Shown piece after piece: positions 34,894-48,811 of a stretch of DNA of 64,000 bases. The notes beneath the pieces are model-generated. The model ran no database searches, was not told where the DNA came from, and saw nothing but the letters and a program-made list of their open reading frames with translations. Each line of letters starts with the position of its first letter. The first letter of the stretch is position 1. Position numbers and translations under genes: made by a program. The DNA is from Entomortierella parvispora E1425 (Eukaryota; Fungi; Mortierellomycota), in the NCBI GenBank assembly GCA_020891255.1, contig BQFW01000007.1:1-64000 (forward strand), in the 5' to 3' direction.

Positions 34894-35459
34894 AAGTCCC
34901 ACTGTGCCTTCCGCCTTTTGCTATAGGAAAAGCACCTCTCATGTAATAGCTAGGAGTGCAATATTGTAAGGAACGTTTCCCAGTTGAAAAGCGCATACTT
35001 TCTGAAAGTTTGAAAGCATTTCATGAAAAAGTCATCTCACAGTTAAGAAAAGAGTGATGGGGTACATTTATATGTCAAGTACTCTAGTCATCGCGTCTAA
35101 AATCAGGCTAAAATTCCTTTTTTTTTGTTCTTTTTCATACAGCTTGTCCACTTTTCGTTCCAACATGCTGTCTGCTTCTGAAAACATGTTATTTATTATT
35201 ATTCACCATCTCTCCAAGTTTTAAGCTGTTTCAAGGTCTTTTGGTTGACTTTACTTATAGCCATGTAGCCATGCCTCAGGTCTGCTCTAGATCATGGGTT
35301 GGAAATAACTACACGTGACTACACGTGACAGATATCCCCACGTGATAACACCCACTCAAAAATCTTCGCTGGAAATAGCGACCATTTCCCTGAGCTGTGG
35401 GGGATCTAAGGGGATGCCTGCGACTCAGGACTGGCGTCCTGAACCCCATACCTAGTGCT

Positions 35460-35725
35460 AAACATCACACTGCACGCATAGTGAAGACTTTAATCGATAA
35501 GAACATCACTGCTCTGGAGTGGCCATCTAGTTCATAGGGCCTAAACTCTATTGAAAACCTTTGGGCGCATCTGAAACGAGGGTTAGACGAGTACCCAAAG
35601 CCGCCAGAGATCTTTGACGAGCTGTGGAATCGAGTACAAGGTGTGGGTGGACAAAAATCCCTATCAGCTACATCCAAAATTTGTACGAGAGTATGCCGAG
35701 GCGAATGGAGGATGTGATCCGTAGG
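35460..35725 (+). pseudogene. Tc1/mariner (DDE_3) transposase C-terminal remnant
   Basis: Translates across a stop and a frameshift as LEWPSSS*GLNSIENLWAHLK...ELWNRVQ...KIPISYIQNLYESMPRRMEDVI, matching the WPxxSPDLNPIENLW and SMPRR motifs. Confidence 0.85.
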
Positions 35726-38709
35726 CCTGTAAGCGTGGAGGGCGTATTAAGTATTAGGATGGATGGGCGGAGCAAATTATATCAAGTTAGCATTTGGACA
35801 AAAGTGATTGAATGAACACCGATGCATTGATGCTGACTCTGATGCTGCTCCCATCAGATGGACTTTAGCTGTGATTGTGTTTTCTGATGCGTGAGATGGC
35901 ATGGATGAGACTCTCGGATGTTCATGAGACGCAATGGGAAAACGTGAAGATATCATACGAAGGCGAGCCCGCTGACGACCCCAAGGATGTTCTTGTTGAT
36001 GAGCTTGCCAACCGAACTTGACCAGAGGCTCGACGCGGTCATGTCCCCGTGTGCGGCCCTGCCTGTCCCTGCGTGTCGTTCAATCACACCGCGCTGGACT
36101 GCTTTTTCCAGTTCCGTTCAACTTTGTACATATAGCCTCATGGTCCATTGTCCTGCTTTCTCTGCACCTCGCCAGGTAATTATCCCTTTTTTTTTATCCA
36201 AGCACCTTGCCAAAGCATCCTCCTTCTCGGCATGGTGTGATTTACGAGTACATGAAGTACTTGGCGGGGTGCCATTCAATCCAGTGGTCACATTCATAGC
36301 CAGTTCTCATCACTGTGATGTCCATATTGCTGGACAACACCTTACCAGTACTCTGCCTTCTCGACATTGATGTGATTTACGAGTACATCAGCCCAAGCTC
36401 ATCAATGACTGAGATCCACAAGTTTCTTGTTGAACAACACCCTGTGCACTTTCTTCTACTATACCGTGCCAATACTATCCTTCTCGACGTGGGTGATTTA
36501 CGAGTGCACTGAGTACTTGGGGTCGCCTGTGCAATTGGGTGGGGCATGGTGTTCACTATATCAAAACCTGGGTCAGATTTACAAGTTTCTCTCAACATCG
36601 ATATTGCATTAATTAGACCATTTGTTTTATTTGTTTGAAGAATATCAGAAAATCGATGGAGCGGCTTCAGTAGGCCCTGCAAAATTCCGATAGGGAACAC
36701 GTTTCCATGACGCCCTTCTCGAAGAAGTTCCTATTTTATGACAAAGAAAAGGCCGAGGTCGCCTACAAAAACCTTCATTTACAGCCTGAATATTTCGAAG
36801 AGCCGTCGTAAAAAGCCCCAAGAACTCTGCTCATTCAACGAGAGATACGGTGTGAGATAATGGTTCTTTTAATCCAGATAGAATTGCTGCCAACCTCAGA
36901 TAGGTCCTGGGACATTCAGTGCTTGATAACCAAACTCTCTCAATGACAACTAAACTTTTTTCTGTTACTTCATTAAATGGACTCATAGAGTCAAGGTACC
37001 TGTAGATCCAAAACATCTGGAATGGGCGCTTCTACGGAAGGAGAAGGAGAGCACGTGTCAATGAGTTCGTTTGCGGAGTTTTGAATCTACGATCGACACT
37101 GCTTCGGATGTCTTTCGAATCATTCAATGCCAACTAGAGTGCCAACTTTTGGTCAAAGCGAAGTGCATTCAACCAAGCGAGCGTCAGTATAAACAAAACT
37201 GCTTCCGACTCGATCAAAGTAGGCCGTCAGGTGCAAGCAAGTATCTTTAGGTAGCTCCAGGATAATGAGAAACAAAGTCGCCAAGTAGAATCGACATCGA
37301 TGAATACGAGTCGCAACAAGGCAGATGGAGAAAAAGGTGATGATGATAGTAGCATCGAGTACGCATTTTTCGAAGGTCAGCAAGCGCCCGAGGGTGCTGC
37401 GTACGAAGCGTCAAACATGGGCGGTCGACCTAACCCCAACTATAAACCGAAAGAGCGGGGCACAAGGCAACATTGATCCTTGGAGCGATCTTCAACGCAT
37501 GTGTGCGGATCAGGCCGCCGACCCTTAATATTTTTAGTTGACAAAGATATAAGTTCCAGGCCCTCTCATTAAAGCATATATCTTCACTTTTTTTTTTTTT
37601 TTTTTTTTAAAAAAAAAATTGACTGGATTTTGACCTTTGGATACGTATATGACAAAGAATGTTCTGGAGATCAACATTGTAAGCAAACAATCACTGTTCT
37701 GAATACGATGCTACTGTTTAAGGCGGACAAGGGTTTAAAGTAGTCGCTGCAGATTAGTGGTGTAGATTTAAATACTACATCACAGCGCCTTTAATTTCTT
37801 TTTAAGGGCTTATACAAGCCAAGTTAAAAAAATGATTTTTGAATATTTGTTCTTAGTTTCGGTCCTACAGCCCCTATTCTTATCCGCACCTTGAACTTCG
37901 GCAAAGCTTTTGATAGGAAGGGCGGCAACGCTGTGTGCAAGGCAGGAGGTCTCCAGCAACGTGAATAAGTATAGGGAGAAGTAATGACGAGACGAAAGAA
38001 GAGATATGTTTTAATGAGAGGGCGCTGGAGGAGCTTATATATCTTCATATCTTTGTCAACTAATAATGTAATATTAAGGGTCAAAGGCCCCATCCGGCAC
38101 ACTTGACCATACCGGGAGCCAACACCAGCAAAGTGCACATCACCACCGAATGACCAAGTTCTAGGATAGATATTGATTAACTTATCATAGGCATCACTAA
38201 AACAACAATGAGAAAGGGTTGTCGGGTGGAGTGAAAGGAGATATAGTCACAGAGCCAGAAGGGGTAAAAGCCCTAGGTATTCATAGAATTTAGGAGTCAA
38301 GACAAAGGTAAGACGCGCTGATGAGACTCTATCTGATCGTCAAGTAGGTGCTGTACCTGATTCCCGTGGTCTACAGGGTGCCAATTGATAGGAAGCGACG
38401 CATGTTAAGTACGATCTGTCGCTTGTTGTCAAGGGCATTTCTGATTCTTGCTACCCACCTCTGTTAGCAGAACCACTCCAATAGAGACATCTTGGTGCCA
38501 CGCAGCACATGACGGATGGCATGAACCAAACAATTGAAAATGCACCCCCCCCCCCCCCCCCCCCCCCCCTTTTTTTTTTGTGTAAATCCTCCCATCGCAC
38601 GATCCGCGCCCACATCCAGCGCTGGAGTTAACATCGGTTTTTGTCTCCACTCTGCTCCTATTGCAGCTGGATAAGATATTTAATTGCAGGAAAGTTATCT
38701 ACATTATCT

Positions 38710-41700
38710 TCACTTCCAAAATCGACCGCCAGCTCCAGTAGCCAGGAAACCATCCCCGTTTTCAAAGTCATCTTCATCCTCATCCAGATAATGACGATCA
38801 CTTCTCTGGCGAGGTCCACCAAATCCACTGCCCGCCGATGCAGTACCTTCGCTCGAGGTGGTCAGAGAATCAGAGTCCGAGTGAGATAACCCTGTGCGCA
38901 AAAGGTCATTCCCACTTCTACCAGGAGAGTTTTCCAGTGCGCCAGCACTTTGACTACCGCTGACTCCCCCGACACGTCTCATTCTCCCAGCTAGAGACCA
39001 ATCCTGATCAGGCCAAAACGTTTCCAAGTCTCTCTGGATTTTTCGAATCGGTTGTACGCCCCATTGAACGTTTTCTAGTGCTTCAACGAGGATATTTACC
39101 GTCTGGACACGTGGAGGACCCCTGTATCGATGTTCATGCTTCGAGGCAATCGATGTAAAATCGTAACTATCGGCATCGCGAATGCCATGAGTTAGATCCA
39201 TGGATGCATAGGCAGCCATCATTGCATCCCAAACCTCCACCATCTTTTCCTGTCGATGATGTTGTGCTAACATTGCGAGGTAGCATTCGTAATTCTCTGC
39301 AGACAGGCAAGGAATGGATCCTGCATGATGGCTACTAGAGGGCTCGGTTCCAATCGTTGGTAATCCAAAGACGTCACTCGATCCATTATCCTCGCCATCC
39401 ATATCATCATCATCACCCATGTCGACTGCTGCGTAGCCATCCCGGGAATTGGTGTCATGGAAGTCTGGCTCAATGTCCCGGTCGTCCTTATTAGTTCGCT
39501 CGGAACTAGTCCACCATGAGGACCAAACAGATGATGATCGAGGTATTGGCTCCCGGTCAATTGTCTCTGCCGATTTCGTTTTCGAATGGTCTTCAATCAC
39601 AGGGGTCGAAAGAAAATCTTCGAGCTCCAGTTTGATATTTGCACCATTCCGTTCGTGCGAAGGTGATGATGGAAGCGAAGAGAGTAATGGTTGTAGACGG
39701 GGGATGTGGCGCCTTGGTTCGAGGCGATCTTTCAGTTTTTTCAAGAATCGTTCCACAAGATCAATGGCTTGATCCACGCACTGCGAGTCCGCTACAGGGG
39801 AGGAGCAAGCTTGTAGGACAATCGATAATGTGTGTTGGTTTGGTCGAATTTTAATGCCCCATTTACCGGCATCGATCTGCTTGAAGATGTTGACCACTCG
39901 TTTTGGCCGATTGTGAAGTCTGTTCGCGCGCATTAGCTCATGAAGCACCGTTAAGTTGATTATTTCGGGTACTTGCAAGGCTTGATGTTGCTGTGGCTGC
40001 TGGGGTTGTTGTCCGTGCTCATACTGTCGGTATCCCGTCGTTAATGCGGAGGATGACATGAAAAGGGCTCTTTCTCGACGGCCTAGTCTCCTACTACCGC
40101 CGTCATTCTCGTGTTTCATCTTCCACCACAGGACCTCATTCTCTTTTTCTGCAGCCCTTTGTAACGCCAGACCTTCCCTTGCAAACCATTCTGCAGTCTG
40201 AAGGTATCCAGCTCGTCCCCAGCCCTTAACATAGCTGGCTCGAACGAAACCAAAAGCTGGGATATTGTCATTTTTCATCTGCTCCCATAGCTCGCGTCCT
40301 TGTTCCATGTCCATTTGCTCTGCGCAGGCCTCGAGCAAGATTCGGTAGGTAATGGCATTCGGTTTCGTCCGTTCTGATGCTTGCATATCTCGATATAGGT
40401 ACATCATCCCTGGAAGCGGAGAGGGTAATGTCGACAAGTACTGCATCATGATGGTATAAAGTTGCGTATCGGTCTGTTTGGGATCTTTTGTAATCAACGT
40501 GAAAAGCTCTAGAACCTTCGAGACTTCCTCCTTCAAAAACGCCTGCGATTGCTTTGGTGATATTTCCGACGAAGTTTTGTTCATTCGTTCTCGTCGGGTG
40601 CGTGTTTGGTTGATCAGGGCCAAGAGGATATTCGAGTTGTTGATAATATCGTCCGAGGATAAGATATCCTGCATCTTTGGGGTAATGAAGCGTGACCGTT
40701 CCGTGTCTATGGTAGGCGCCGTGATAGAGCCATTGTCTCCCCCAGTAGCCTGCACAGGAGAGTCATTCGATTTTCCGCTTCTTATTTTTCGCCTGGAACA
40801 GTTCGTGCTCAATCGATGATTTGACGGTCCATTACGCTTCAGCTTATCCTGCACCAATTTTCCTGAATGATCCAGCTGTTCCATTATTTCAAGTGCGCCA
40901 TCAAAGTCTCCCCGTTTGGCACAGGCATACAGTAGGATAGCTTTCATTCGTTCAGATAGAGAGAGGTTCCAATCTTGCTGCATCCTAGCAATATACCGAG
41001 AGCAAGCCTCAAGATCTCCGGACCGAGCAGCGCAGAGGATTGCAGCCTTCATCGTTGTTGCCCGGGGGGCAATATCACGGGACAGCATTCCTTGGATCAA
41101 CATTTCCGCTTTGGGCTCGTTCCCTGGGAGGTGACTCAATGCGTACATTAAATAATCGTATAACACTGGTTCCTGTCGCCAGTTCAAATTTGGGGTCTGG
41201 TCCATTTGAGTGAAAATTGACATCGTGTCGCGGTAGCCATCTCGACCAAACATTGAATAGTACCGCAGAAGGGCCTATATTGAGAGGAAAATAAAACGCG
41301 TTACTACTTGCCAAATTCAGGCTCAGAGTATCGGAGGTCGGGTGATATAATTGATAGGCACCTACCACATGCATGCTGACCGTTGTTGGTATCCCAAAAT
41401 TTTCAGGAATGGTCTCTAGCATGGACTTTACTAGGAAAGTATGACTGTGAACCAGTAAGCGCATCAGCTTTGTTATTCCCCGTATTAAGTCCTGTTCAAG
41501 TATCGCCGTGATGCTTTCGGAGTATGCAACGCCTGTTGGTGTGGCGAAGATCTTTTTTGGTTCCGCTGTCGCCAAGGCCCAGTCCTCCAAAACTTTTAAA
41601 GCCTCACGTCGATCTTTCAGATAGGTTTCGGATCCTGTCGAAAAAGAGAATTCGATATTTGCTTGACTCTCTGCCATGGCGTCCACCAGTGCCAATCTCC

Positions 41701-42484
41701 TCTGTGACACTGTCAAGTACCCTGTTGCTGGAGATTCTTTCTCGAAATAGGGCTCGATATCTTTTAAAACCTGCCTCCTCTGAGCCTCTAGTTTCTGCAA
41801 TTGTTTTGTATGATTGTGCTGCGATGCCGGCACTGACGAAGGCTTAGCAGTTAATTCTAGTCGGGCCTTGTGAATAAGCTGAGCCAGTCGGCAGAGGGTC
41901 CGAAACAGATAGTTCCTGGGGTGACACAAGTTGGGATTTGAGGTCGAGAAAGCTCCACGGCTACGTAGCTCTTGGTAGTATTTGTAAGCTGTCTGAAGAT
42001 CTCGCCTTTTGATGGCACTTTGTAGCTCTCCCATTTTACCCCCCCCTGCCACATGGACCTCAGGGGGCTTTTTGTCGAGTCCCTGGCTGACTATGGGGGA
42101 TGTAGGATCAGGTGTTGACTGGAGACGCGCTGAATGAGGGCCTTTGGAGGACCTTTTAAGAACTAAAGCTGCTTGTTGGCCATAGGCACGTTTCAGTTGA
42201 TGTTGTTGAGCAGGACCCTCCAAGTGACGTGTGCGTCCTGCCGAGTCGCCTACTAGGCTTGTAGATGTCGGTGGTGGAGGTGCTCGCGACATCAGTACTC
42301 CGCAGTGATGTATCCGAGGAGGGCGAGAGTGGAAAGAACGGGCAAACGCGCGTTGGAAGCACTTTTGCCAAAAGTCGGGGAACGAGGACTGAATCTGGTT
42401 CATCGCGGCGGAGGCATTCCTCTGGGGAGCCGATCCTGTCAAAACATGGCGGATTGAATTGGGCCGCATTCCTGGCAGGCTCAT
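38710..42484 (-). CDS. Pentatricopeptide-repeat (PPR) protein, probably mitochondrial; two exons, intron 41275-41365
   Basis: Splicing at GTAGGT...ATATAG joins the 469-aa and 847-aa ORFs in frame (SMHV/ALLRYYSMFGR); PPR-like motifs PNAITYRILLEAC, PNQHTLSIVLQAC, KAILLYACAKRGDFDGAL. Confidence 0.85.
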
Positions 42485-42897
42485 GAAGAGATCAGGTAGA
42501 CAATGGCGGTTGTAATCATGTTATAACAATCGAAGCATTTTAGAAGCGGAGATCTGGAGTGGATGGCATGTGGCTTAGCTCAAAGCTACAAGCATACATG
42601 TTGCTGGTTTTGATTTCCACGCGAGCTTGCTCCTTTCATTGGACACCATCATCACCTTACTTTCTCCTTCCTATTAGCATCTGACATCCGTCATCAAGTC
42701 TCGCTTGCTGGTTGCATTGCTCTATTATCCATTGGCCGCTATTTTTTCTGTACCCACACGCAGCAATTCTGTTTAATCATTAGCACTCAGAGCGCATTAG
42801 CGGCATAACACAGCAATTCAACAATATCTGCCAAACAGAACCATTCGGCTTACAGCCTCTTTGCCATACACATTCACTTATATACACACATCTCGAA

Positions 42898-43963
42898 ATG
42901 GAAGAACAATCCACGGCGATACCCTCCACCGAGAGTTCTTCGACCTTGATTTCAGATATTGGCGCTCAGTTTCACCGATCAGGCGCTGACCTACAAAACA
43001 TTCAAAAATGCTTCCAAGACGTGCGTGAAACCGAAAAGGTTCGACAGGAAATGCTGCGGGACGCCCGCACGTTGCTTCAGAGTAAAAAAAAAAAAAAGAA
43101 GTTTTTACTATGGCTATTGAGGTACAAGAAATGTTCATATCTAACGAGCCTTTTGTAATATAATGTCATAGAACTATCAAGGAATTTGCAGCTATCACGG
43201 TCTAAGGGTTCAAGAGAACATGTAGATCCGGAAAGTTTGAACCACGACGACCAGATTGTGGATATGGATAAGCAGCAGTTTGCTGTAGCAAAAGGCGTTC
43301 AGGAGATGGATCAGGAGATCGCGTCGTTACAAGCTGAAGTGCAGGAGCTGAGGATGCATAGCCTCGAGCTGGACTCGAATTACTCGGCATCAGGAGTGGA
43401 CGCCATGGCTGAAAGAGGTACTGAGGCAGAAGGGACGGATTATTCAGCAGCAACAGGCACGGAAGCCACGGGTTCATCTACAGTGGATAGTTCTTCTGCC
43501 CACCGGAGGAGAATTTCAAGGAACGACTTGTCAGAAATAGACGAAGACATGCTGGACGAGGAACAAGAAATCTTGAGTGATCGCGCTCATGCAATGGCAG
43601 TGTAGGTTTTTTTGTGGCGGCCTACAACACTATAGACCCTGGAGATACAATTTGCTATTGTGCATGTTAAAGTTACTTATCTTCTCCTTTTTGATATAGT
43701 CTTCGACTGCAAATCTATCGGAGTCTGGGAATAGAGATGTTGGAGAATGACGTCGGTGCTTATACTAAAGCCCGTGTCCGTAAGTGTCTATTATTGTGAG
43801 TTTGATCGATATTCGAGGCTCATCGTGTTGACAGTATATTCTGCATCCGATTTCTTTCTGTTCTTTAGGATCCCTTGAGAAGAACGAGGTTCATCTGGTG
43901 TACTTTGACGACAAACTCTCTCCTTTCTATCAAACAAATCTCATCTGGGAGTTTGCGTCGTGA
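42898..43963 (+). CDS. SPC24: Kinetochore Ndc80-complex subunit Spc24; four exons
   Basis: Introns about 43082-43171, 43602-43699, 43780-43868; coiled coil followed by VLRLQIYRSLGIE...RSLEKNEVHLV...NLIWEF, typical of the Spc24 C-terminus. Confidence 0.8.
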
Positions 43964-44232
43964 GTTAAAAGAATTCATACGTTATCATCTCTGAACATTG
44001 TCAACTTGATATATGAAGACATAGTCCTATCTCATTATACCCGCCAGGATAGTCACACTTACGGAATAAATTATCGGCGCAAGGAGATATGGGGCTGCGT
44101 TCGGCGTGACAATAAATATGGAGATTGCAGGTTGTTCTCCTTTTACACTGGGTGCGATTCTTTCAGTTTATTATTGTCGAAAGATTCTTCTAGAGCTATG
44201 AAAAGGTCAAAGGTATGATGGAAGGAGGAGCT

Positions 44233-45013
44233 TTACTTGGCAATCAACGAATGGATGCAAGCGTTCTTTCCCTTAAAGACGCCGTCCTCAACGAAGATAT
44301 CGCGGTGTTTAAAGCCCAAAGTAATATGGGGCAAAAAGTTACCAGCATCAAATAGCGCAGGGTTACCTCCCTTCTTGACGAACAACTCCCACACTTTCTG
44401 ACGGTAAGCAACAATGTCTTGGAAGTCCTTCAAGATGATCTGGACAGCCTGTTGGTAGACATTGTCGGGCTTGGACACGACCTGAACACGTCCCAGGCAC
44501 TCAACTCCGAAACGGGCCTTCTGAAGAGGACGCTTTGGGTCAACGGCAATCTTGTTCAGCTCTTCAATCGTGACACCAGCAGGGTGCAGAATGTTGTCGT
44601 ACTCTGGAGGCAAGATAACGGTGATGTGGGCTTCACCACGGGATAACAAAGCAGTGTTGTTGTTGAGAGAGGCAGTGGCGTTGACGAGGTCGAAGACAGG
44701 CTTGACGTACTTGTAGTCGAGGGTCAATCCAACCCAGTTGGTGAACAAGGCAGAACCCTACGGATATCAAATCGTATAAGATGATGTTATGCAACACGTC
44801 TGCATATATACTGTAACAGTCGCAGGAAAACAAAAAACAAGTGGTTACAGTGTTAGGGTGGAAGGGGATTTTGCCAGTGTTGAAGACCTTCTTGTCGATG
44901 ACGATGGGTTTTTCATGTTTAGGATGGTGAGGCTTCTTGTCCTGATGGGAGGAGGCCAAGACAGTGGTGGCGACAAGGGCCAATGTGGCGATCAAAGAGG
45001 AGGCGAAACGCAT
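44233..45013 (-). CDS. Secreted 2H-phosphoesterase-superfamily protein; intron 44758-44848
   Basis: Hydrophobic leader MRFASSLIATLALVATTVLA; two HxT motifs (AHITV, PHITLG); splice joins HPNT/GSALFTNW in frame. Confidence 0.75.
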
Positions 45014-46008
45014 GTTTGTAGATAGGTTGGATGGTTGGGAGGAAAGAGGTCGGACTTGAGTGTGAGCACGAAGTGAAAAGAAAAAGCAAATCGGGAATTG
45101 GGAACCGAGCTCTTTTATACCTTTCGCGTTTCTGTATTTGTAGGGGGAAGAGGTGCATGTGCCAAGGACTTGCTTCCGAGGAGCGGTATGTATCGAGAAG
45201 GGTCTCTTTCCTTTGAGCCAGTCTCTCCCCTCTTTCCCCCATGGCCCACTCTCCCATAAAAGAGCCCGCTCTCTCGAGCCATCAGTAAAGCAAAGTGGTC
45301 TTCACAATGCATCGTGCGTTAGCGAATCGAGCTAGAGAAAAAAAAAACAAGTGAGCAGTGAAGAATTACCTTCCCATGTTGTGATTCCCACCCGCAAGGG
45401 TAAGCGAGGAAGGCCTGGCCATGATTGGATGATTTCTTTGTTTCTTCCGTCTCTCTGCATCTGAATGGTTGAGAGCATTAAGAGGATGCGCCTTGTGAAG
45501 CTGAAGAGGAGTGAGAGTCGATGGTTGGCAAAGACGAGATATTTGCAGCCAGAGAACATCGCTTGTTGCATCCACATGCTCTGGCTGTGAATCCAAGGGT
45601 GGAAACGGTAGTAAATTACTGCTCTTGGTGTGCAACCTGAAAATAATGTCCGCTGGCCAGAAGAACCAATCCGGGACAACCATGCGGACACTCCCAGGAG
45701 AGGTTGGACTATGTAGGCCTGGGAGTCTTTGCTAGATCCGAGGCACAATTTATAGTGATCGATTGCGCCCAGGATGCATTGTAGGTGTAGCGTTCGCCTC
45801 CAGGGAATGCGATCCATTCGATCTGCACCCTTGTCCCACGAGGTGACAGCCCAGACGCCACCAACTCAAATATCACGTGATAATCCCGTTGCGGTGTTGG
45901 TGGAACCGGGAAAAGCAAAGACAACTTTCCCATATTTCTCGCCCATTGTACCCTTTTATTCCAGAGTTGTGGTGGCTTAGAGGCAAATCCACCGTCACAC
46001 ATGTGGAC

Positions 46009-47280
46009 ATGGAGACTATCATTACGCCGGGAGCTGAAGAGAAAAGCAATGGTACAGCCTATAATGCCAGCATGGATTCACATCCCTTGGGAACCGAAAA
46101 CATTCAGATTGTCACATCAATTTCTAACGCTGTTGTGCATGAAGATGGAACTATTACACCGACCGCTAACACGGTGGTGGGCACCCGTATAATTGAGGAT
46201 GGTATTGCTGCAGGAGAAAGCGTGCACTATCCGCACCTGTCGCCGACGACACAGGGGGGTGCTTCAGGTTTGCACGTCGAGAACCTGAATTTGTCTGGGG
46301 ACCCCGGCTCAACATCATCACCTCATAGCCTGAGTGTGATTCATCAACAGCAACAGCAACAGCAACAACAACAACAACAACAACAACAGCAGCAGCAGTA
46401 TCAAAGACAATTACATTATGAAAGTGCGAACGCAGTTCTGGTCCCACCCTTGAATTTTGCTCTGATTGCACCTGGGATCTATCGTTCGGGCCATCCTAAC
46501 AAGCATAATTTTCCATTTATGCGGAAGCTTGGGCTTAAAGTCATTGTGTAAGTAGCAGCAGGCGGGGCTAGGTCAAAACAGCCGTTGCTAGACTGGGGCT
46601 TGGAGCTGATGAACTTGTTTATGGATGCTCACGGCCTATTAACTTATTTACCATGTTTCATCTTGTAAGTCAAATGAGCGAAGAGCCATATGCGCCAGAT
46701 CTTGAGGAGTTCTTGGAGAAGGAGAACATTCGACAGATCCACTACAAGATCGAAGGCAACAAGGTATGTGAATGTATTGACGGTCATAATTTAAATGTGC
46801 TTGGATGAAATATATGAACCTAGCTTAATGTTCTCTTCAATTTAAGGAGCCTTTCATTGAGATCGACGAAGATGTCATCAGTAGTGCCTTGGTCAATATT
46901 TTAGACGCAAGGAATCATCCAGTCCTGATTCATTGTGCCAAGGGGAAGGTAGAGCATCGGCTAAAGGCTGGGAGGAAGAGTCACTTATTGGAAAAGTGTG
47001 CTAAATCCGTTATGTCATACCCCTGAACCAGCATCGCATTGGATGCCTGATAGGATGTCTACGCAAGATACAGAATTGGTCCATGACCTCTATATTTGAC
47101 GAATATAGGCGATTTGCTGGAAGCAAGGTGCTGGCTGATCAGGAAGTAAGAGTTCAAAGGATTGATGTTTAAAGTTCCAGAAGGGAGAATGTCGGCGTGC
47201 TAACTTTTTCAAAACAGTTTATAGAGATATTTTCAGCCAAAGTACCCTATTCATTGGAGCACAAACCCTTCTGGCTTTAA
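46009..47280 (+). CDS. SIW14: Siw14/PFA-DSP-family phosphatase; five exons
   Basis: LVPPLNFALIAPGIYRSGHP; catalytic HCAKGKHRIGC across an intron; IFDEYRRFAG; family-level call, paralogues such as OCA1 not excluded. Confidence 0.8.
46345..46398 (+). repeat. CAA/CAG microsatellite encoding 18 Gln
   Basis: Read directly in exon 1 of the phosphatase gene. Confidence 0.95.
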
Positions 47281-48811
47281 CAAGAATGCTTGCTCGGCGA
47301 CTATTGCAGAATGGGCCTCCTTCTTTCTGGTGGCAGTTGACATCCGTGCAAGTGAGCAACGGATGGCCCTAATGTACCGTGTCCGTAATATCAATTATGT
47401 GATTGTTCAGTGCATGCCGTCATCAACGGATTATTTCCGTAGTTTCGGTGTTTTCTGGGTATTTTGGTTATTATCACCTTTGCATACCCAAGTCTCTCGA
47501 TGACTTGGACTTTGTCTTCTTTCGATAGACAAAACACTTCAAAAAAACTCTGTTTTTAGTTTGCACAGTCTACATATGGGAACCGCGCCTACAAACTTAC
47601 TAGAAGGAAAAGTCAGGTTGTCGGTGCCAATAAAGAAAGTCAGGATAAATTATGATCAAAGAACAGGTCGTGCCGGAAGGTTGGAGCGACCGTGGAAGAG
47701 GGGGCTCGCGAAGGGTCAAAAAACATCACCGCAGGGTGTGCGCAACTGAAGGCCAGATGTCTCTAACAGACAGGGGCCGAGAGTGCATTTAGGGCATCTG
47801 TTTCATGTTTCAAGACAAGGATCATGTCGCACAGCATATCTTTTTTCTCACTCAGTGTTGCAGGCCATGCAGGTGCCTCACTGCAACAAAAAAAGATCTG
47901 CTATACGTGCCAACACTCTCAAAACTTTATTTTTTGAAGGCACTCCTCAACAAAGGGGTATTGGGTGATCGCTTGAGGACGAGGCAAGGGGTTAGGATTG
48001 GAGATTGGGTAGATTTTCATGTTTAGTTGGGGGAGTGGAGGGTCCAGTCCAAAAAAGACAATGGTGCATTTTGGATACACATCTTTCAAGGCATTGGGGT
48101 GATACTGCTAATAATACAAGGCAGCAGATAGCAATGCCTGAGTGTTGACAAGGCTCCATGCAGATCGCGACCTAGCCCGGTCTATGCGGGGGATAGAGGC
48201 TTGAGAGCACATGCAGACTTCCACTAGATTCCCTCTTAACTCCGTTACTTCTTCTCTCCCTGAGATCCACGTCAGTCAGGACATGCATTGCTCATGTAAT
48301 CTCTTTTCCTGACTCTTGTTGTCAGGGTCACATCCGCCTCTGCGATACACACCCAACACTTCGAGCTGCAAACCTGAGAGGAGTTACCTAGTGCCTAGTA
48401 AAGGCATGGGGGCATGGTGCCACATGTTTCGAAAGAACAAAGAACTCTACCAGATCTAGAAATTACTCTGACCGATCATTGGAAGACCTGAACTTCACCT
48501 GTACTACCATGCCCGCCTCAGTTCCCCTTAGGAAAGTGTTTCCACCTTGGCCACTATCTTTTAGCATTTCCATCGTTCTGCGGGCGAACAACTCAGGGGT
48601 ACATTATGAAGGTAGTGATGACAGGACAGGAAAGAGAGCAGCCTCAGGAGTTTGCAACAAGGGGTATCTTTCCCTCTTTTCTATCCATCTTTGTTTGTTT
48701 TCATGTCAACACCTTGACATTGTCTCCCATAAGAATGAGACTATAAAGCCTTCAGGCTCCTGTGCTCCCCCAGACACTTGTTCCTTTCACTCTTTTCTCC
48801 ACATTTTTTGA

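Noticed and set aside
36205-36525. CRISPR-like repeat-spacer array
   Set aside because: Eukaryotic context, only three degenerate units, spacers far too long, no cas genes
36700-38200. Short ORFs between the Tc1 remnant and the PPR gene
   Set aside because: No recognisable motifs or consistent splice structure
37585-38580. Long T/A and C/T homopolymer runs at about 37590-37620 and 38545-38580
   Set aside because: Simple low-complexity tracts of unreliable length, with no TSD or retrocopy evidence
42898-43963. SPC24 near the retroelement nest as support for a centromere
   Set aside because: Kinetochore gene position has no established link to centromere position
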